Shown piece by piece: positions 59,046 to 64,000 of a stretch of 64,000 bases of DNA. Under the pieces are notes generated by a model that worked only from the letters and a program-made list of their open reading frames with translations, made no database searches and was not told where the DNA came from. The translations under genes and the position numbers were made by a program. The stretch's first letter is position 1. Every line of letters begins with the position of its first letter. The DNA is from the human T2T-CHM13v2.0 reference genome, Homo sapiens, in NCBI RefSeq assembly GCF_009914755.1, contig NC_060927.1. One strand, given 5' to 3'.

Positions 59046-61729
59046 TCTCTATATACAATGGATTATTTACATATGGTTTTGTCAATTTTGCTTAGTTTTC
59101 TGTAACCCTAGCCAGTTAAATTTTCTTCTCTGTGTGAAGTGCCACACATGTACATACTTTCTACAATTATTTAATTATTTTGCAGGTGTGGAAAGGCAGC
59201 CTCTCTTAGCTTCATTGTTGGCTTGAGTCCAAAATCACGAACACTTAAAGTGAGTTGTAACATATTTTCAACACACATCCTAAAAATCCTTCTGATGTAG
59301 TAGATTTATTTAAATGCTTTGATGATTTTGCTCCATGGATCAAGCTGAAAGTATTTTTCTTTTTGCAGTTCTTCATACTTGTCATTTTAGGAAGAAATCA
59401 AGCCTTATTCAGAAGCTGTACCTCAGCCATTCCTCTCCACAAAGTATTCTTCCAGTTTGCAGTGAATGATAAGGGGTCATCATTATTATTACCCGATCCA
59501 ACTCTGAAGTTTCTCACATTATTTATAAAATATATGCTGTGGTCTGGTCTCATTGCTGTTAATAGATGGTTTATAAAATAACATCTTATTGCTTTTTAAT
59601 TAATCCAGGATGAAATTTACTTCCATAGATATTTCATTATGCTTCTCTCACCTAGTAAGATTTTTAGGCTATTGTTTCTGCTGTCTCCTCATACACACAA
59701 TGTACTCTGCCTCTTGCTTAATTCTATCCTTTGCTCACAGTTTGTGAATTGGCATCACAATATCCTGTGTGCACAGGCTCTCTGAGACTGCAATTATGTT
59801 ATGATTTTTACTTGCTGCCATTCATTCAAATTAATATTCACTGGGCACTTACTATGTAGAAGACATTATGCTATTCACTGTGGAGGAACACAGATATTTG
59901 AAATAATCCCAAATAGTCCACAATCTAAGCATCCTAATGATCATATTTTTTTAGGCTTCCAATATTTATTTGGAAACATGAATACATTTTGACTTGGCTT
60001 TTCTCCCACTTCCTATACCTATTTGTTGTCCCATCTAACTCAGGCAGTCCATTGAATTCTCTCCAGGGTCCTCAAGAAGGATCTCTGTCAATCTTTTGTG
60101 TACTTTTTTCCTCAGCTCTCCCCCAATTTTTAGAATAAAGACCATCATTTAGTTTGTGATAATATGGTGCTAGTGATGATCAGTTTAAGAGGTTTTGTTT
60201 GCAAACATTACATCTCACTTTGCTGAATTGGGGCTATTCTCCTTCTTCGCTCCCATCAAAATGTCAAACCACTACTTGCTATAGGCTTGCTTTCATTTAT
60301 TAGAAAAATGAAAACTCAGCCACTTTATTATAACCCTCCTTGCCTCTGTTTTTAAAAAGAAAAGACAGACATAAAACAAGGAAAGCAAACTCTTTATCCT
60401 TAACTAGCGTCCATACTTTGAGGTGAGCAATGGGCCAGGAAGAAGAGAAGAAAAAAGGTGGAAAAGAGTAAAAAGATACCTGTTGTTAGGGACCCAATAC
60501 AGAATTTGGAACCCTACCAAGATCTAGTTTGTGTCAGACATATCACTTATTTCCACCATTATTTTTACCCCTTTCAAACATTATGTAATTGGGTACCAAC
60601 TCATATATCTTTAATAAAAAATATTAATAAACCAACTCTTCAGAACCCTTTACGTGCCTATTTTAAGTGAAATATTGTGCCTGGTGCTAAATAATCTAGG
60701 AGAAATATACAATTCCATGCTTGCCTTCAAGAAGGTTACTGTCTAGCTGTGGCAATGAGAGACTACCAGCAGTGTAGGGAGTCCCAAAAGGAGTGAAATA
60801 GTCATTCAGGACAGAAAGATTCAACGTTGAGCTGAGGATCTGAAAAACTGAGCTCTATTTCATCTTTACCATTTCTTTGCTATGTCCTTGGACAAGTCAT
60901 CATCCTTCAAGTCTCCTGCTTCCTCCTTCCCACTCTCTCCCTTGATTGAGAGAAAAGAGAGAGAGAGAAGAGGAGAGGTGAAAAAGAAGAAAAAGAAGAA
61001 AAGAAAAAAAGAGGTCAAAGATTGTAAGATGTAAGACAATATTTGAAATGATCACTAATGAGTTCTGTTGTGATGCCCAAATTGAAGTCTCAGTTAGCTG
61101 TGACCCGCTGAACTGCCATTCATTTCGCAAAGACATCGGGGTCCAAATTTTCCCGAAGTCAATAGCAGGTGAGGGCTCAGAACCAAATCTATCCTGATAC
61201 AGTTTTTTTTTCTGCACTGAATAATACATCTTTCAAAATGATTATTGTGACTCACAGAAATAGCTTAAAATATATTCTTGATACGGTTTACAGAGTGAGA
61301 AATATTTCTTTAAAGAAATTAAATATCTTTGTATATGTGAGGATGATGGGGAAGGAGTAATTCTACTTACTAGAGAGCAAGGTAAGCAATCAATTCCTTA
61401 GGCTCTAGAAGGCTATATATTCTGAAACTGTTGAAATACAATTCTCCTTGGCAGATACGAACCATTAAGCCATTATTGGTAACAGCAGGGGTTAATCACA
61501 GATACAAGTTGAGTGCAGGTAGCAGGAGAGTGATGGGAGCCAGATAGATGCTCCTGAAGACCGGGAAGAGGCTCGCAGAAGTGAAAAGGTGCAAAACACT
61601 TGCTCAGTTCACCATACTGTCCAGAGCCATACCTAAGGTAAGCAACGCTTCCCGCATCCTCAGACTCCAGGCGTCCAAATTCGCACGCTTGCAGGCATTC
61701 TATTGATTCACACTTGAGTCCTTCAACAG

Positions 61730-62070
61730 GTAGCGCCAATTACATCCCCCAGAGCACGACCCCCAGCATACTGGCCAATACCGCTGTCAATCAAATACCT
61801 CACCTACTTCTCTAAATTCCCCCCTCCCACTGTCATTGGCTTTACCTTCGGCCTATCCACAGATTTCTTCTGCCCTGGAGACCACAGAACTTACCCTATC
61901 GAATCTAGGATTGGCGCCGAAGCTACTCCCGCCCTTTGACGTCCCCGGGCACCCCGCCCCCTTCACCTCCCAGCTTTGCCGGGGAAGAAGCAGGGCGGGG
62001 CAAGCTAGGGGCCGGCCCGGGGGCGGGGCCTGCCTCCCACGGCGGGAGGGCGGAGCCTGCTCTGGAGCCT
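61730..62070 (+). promoter_or_regulatory. STXBP5L: STXBP5L proximal promoter (TATA-less; CCAAT, GC and CRE-like boxes)
   Basis: CCAAT at 61736 and 61775, ATTGG at 61835 and 61910, TGACGTC at 61937-61943. GC boxes at 61928, 61952, 61993 and ~62020, at the edge of the CpG island. Confidence 0.8.
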
Positions 62071-62200
62071 GACTGCTCGGTTAGGACCTCGGAGAGCGCC
62101 AGGCGCCGCGACCAGAGGGCCCAGAGAAGCGGCCGGAGCCCGCCTACCTCGGCCCCCTCAGCTTCCCGGGCTGGCAGGCGGCTAGAGGCGTCTGAGGAAG
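62071..62200 (+). other. STXBP5L: Probable non-coding exon 1 (5' UTR) of STXBP5L; start approximate
   Basis: Lies just downstream of the GC boxes, contains no ATG and ends at AAG|GTGCCT. The start position rests on my recollection of the gene structure and cannot be shown from sequence alone. Confidence 0.6.
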
Positions 62201-62281
62201 GTGCCTAAGTCCTGGGTCAGATAGTCATCCCTCTGGGACGCCGCCGCCGCTGCCGCCGTCCAGCTGTGGCTCCCTCGCACC

Positions 62282-62352
62282 TGTGTGTGTCTGTGTGAGT
62301 GTGTGTGTGTGTTTGAGAGAGAGAGAGACAGAGAGAGACAGAGACAGAGAGC
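62282..62352. repeat. (TG)n followed by (GA)n/(GACA)n compound microsatellite in intron 1
   Basis: Read directly. A short (GCC)n run lies at ~62240-62257. Confidence 0.92.
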
Positions 62353-63444
62353 GAGCGCACCAGCGCGCGAATGCCCGTGTGAGGGTGTTTGTGTGTGTTC
62401 TGGCTGGGAGCGCGAATGCCTCGGCGTGAGGTGTTTGTGTGTTCGCGCGCCCGCGGGCGGGCGAGAGCCCCGCGCCTCAGCGCTGGGCCTGGGGGAGGGA
62501 CAGCGGGAGCGGCGGCTCTGCGCGCCCAGCAGGCTGAGGCGGGACTCGGGCCGCAGCCGTCGCCGCCACCGCTTCACGTCCCCCGAGAGCGGCTGCCGTG
62601 CAGCGGGGAGAGCGGACGGCGGGCGGGCGAACAGGCGGGAGAGCGCGGCGGCGGCTGCGGGCAGAGGTGGAGGGAGGGGAGCAGGAGATGGGGAGAGGGG
62701 GGAAAGAGGACGCGGGGAGGGAGATGAGGGGGAGGTGAGGGGGAGGCGGAGGGACAAGTGGAAACAGACGGTGTCGCCGTTCTCCTCCTCCCCCCCTCCC
62801 CGGCAGCTGTTGCTGTGGGTCACTCGCAGATGTTTTGGGGTCCGGGCTGCTGGGGGATGGGGACTAGAAAAAGTACCCCCCTCCCCGCCTTTCATAGTGA
62901 CAAAAAAGGAAGCGTTGAAGCTGATGGGGGAAGAGCCCGGAAGGTGGTGGCAGAGTAAATACCGGCTCCCCCAACGTCGTTTTTCTGAAAATAAAATACT
63001 CTGAGCCGAACGTTTCGAAGAAGGAAAGTCCGCCCTTAAGAGAGAGACAGAGTCTTGGTCTGTTGAACTCTGGTTTGATTGTATAATAATGATGATATAA
63101 TGCTAATGACGATGATGACACTGCCTTTTATTTTTACCCCAGTGCTGATAAAGCGTAGTTACAGCTGGGGATACAGTCCTTGAAAATCTGATGTGTGAGG
63201 AGGGAATACTGTTGCTTTTGGAGTTGTGTTATATTTATCTTTTTTTAAAAAGGATATGCTTTTTAGAATTAAAATTTGGCAAAACGAATCCTGACTCTTT
63301 TTTTCCAGTCGGTCGTAACCAATGCTCATAAAATGGGGACTGACTTGACTAATGAAAAGAGAAAGGCTTTTACCAAGGTCTAATTGCACGTGTTAAGTCA
63401 CCTCTTTCCCTTTTTTTCCTTTGTATTTCTCAACAGTGTTTAAA

Positions 63445-63633
63445 ATGAAGAAGTTTAATTTCCGAAAAGTTTTGGATGGCTTAACTGCCTCCTCCCCTGG
63501 CAGTGGTAGCAGCAGTGGCAGTAACAGTGGTGGTGGGGCTGGAAGTGGTTCCGTACATCCGGCGGGGACTGCAGGGGTTCTCAGAGAGGAAATTCAGGAA
63601 ACTTTGACTTCGGAGTATTTCCAGATTTGCAAG
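63445..63633 (+). CDS. STXBP5L: STXBP5L (syntaxin-binding protein 5-like / tomosyn-2), first coding exon, codons 1-63; gene continues beyond the window
   Basis: Long polypyrimidine tract plus CAACAG acceptor (exon starts 63437), AAAATGA start and peptide MKKFNFRKVLDGLTASSPGSGSSSGSNSGGGAGSGSVHPAGTAGVLREEIQETLTSEYFQICK typical of tomosyn-2. Phase-0 donor AAG|GTAAGT at 63633/63634. Confidence 0.96.
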
Positions 63634-64000
63634 GTAAGTTTTGAATTGGCTTAAAGCCTATTATTTCTTTATTATACTGTTGTAAGGAAACAAGGGGGGA
63701 AAAACATACCAGGAACAGGAAACTGTTGAGATGTCAGCATCAGAGTCTGCTGCAGAAAGCTCTGTGGGTAGATCAGTTTGGCTTAATAGATATTTTAGGC
63801 GTCAACTTAAAAAGCAATGATAGTTTAAGTGGGAAATGAGCACACACAAAAAGTAGAATTTGCAAGATAATGTTAAGATCCAATAGTGGACAAAATTTTT
63901 AATATTTGTGTATTATATTAACTGAAGAAGCAAATAGTCGTTTGGTTTTTTGTGTTATCAGAGAAAATATTGTTATTTCACTGTTCAGTATGAAATGAAT

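Larger units (their letters stand above)
61900..62850. promoter_or_regulatory. STXBP5L: CpG island
   Basis: Abrupt switch to very GC-rich, CpG-dense sequence against an AT-rich, CpG-depleted background. Confidence 0.92.

Noticed and set aside
62476-62505. Possible split RE1/REST site (TCAGCGC...GGACAGCG)
   Set aside because: The left half is mismatched and the spacer is long. It cannot be told apart from GC-rich background without ChIP data.
62182-63004. Long ORFs (237 aa minus, 239 aa plus, 112 aa plus) over the CpG island
   Set aside because: Low-complexity translations of GC-rich DNA and microsatellites (CVCV, ERER, HTHT), with no recognisable domain.
63421-63654. ORF-track version of the STXBP5L exon (MYFSTVFK...VSFELA)
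   Set aside because: It starts at a TTG in the polypyrimidine tract and runs past the donor. The real coding part is 63445-63633.

Overview
Primate (most likely human) genomic DNA. About 61.5 kb of repeat-rich intergenic sequence leads into the CpG-island promoter, a probable non-coding exon 1 and the first coding exon of STXBP5L (tomosyn-2) on the + strand. The gene is recognised from the peptide MKKFNFRKVLDGLTASSPGSGSSSG...EEIQETLTSEYFQICK and canonical splice sites. The only other protein-like ORFs are decayed LINE-1 ORF1/ORF2/ORF0. The intergenic part holds layered insertions: L1PA/L1M, Alu, MIR, L2, a fragmented CR1/L3, MLT1/THE1/MER4/LTR33 LTRs and MER5 hAT elements, several with readable target-site duplications (TSDs). 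I see no sign of a new multi-gene system. The best candidate for something undescribed is a full-length L1PA4-like element ~6 kb upstream of STXBP5L. Its antisense promoter points at the gene, its ORF0 is intact, and its first ORF0 splice donor would join STXBP5L exon 2 exactly in frame. The same L1 carries a 20-nt 3' transduction. Repeat subfamily names come from recalled consensus sequences, not from a search, and boundaries of old repeats are approximate.
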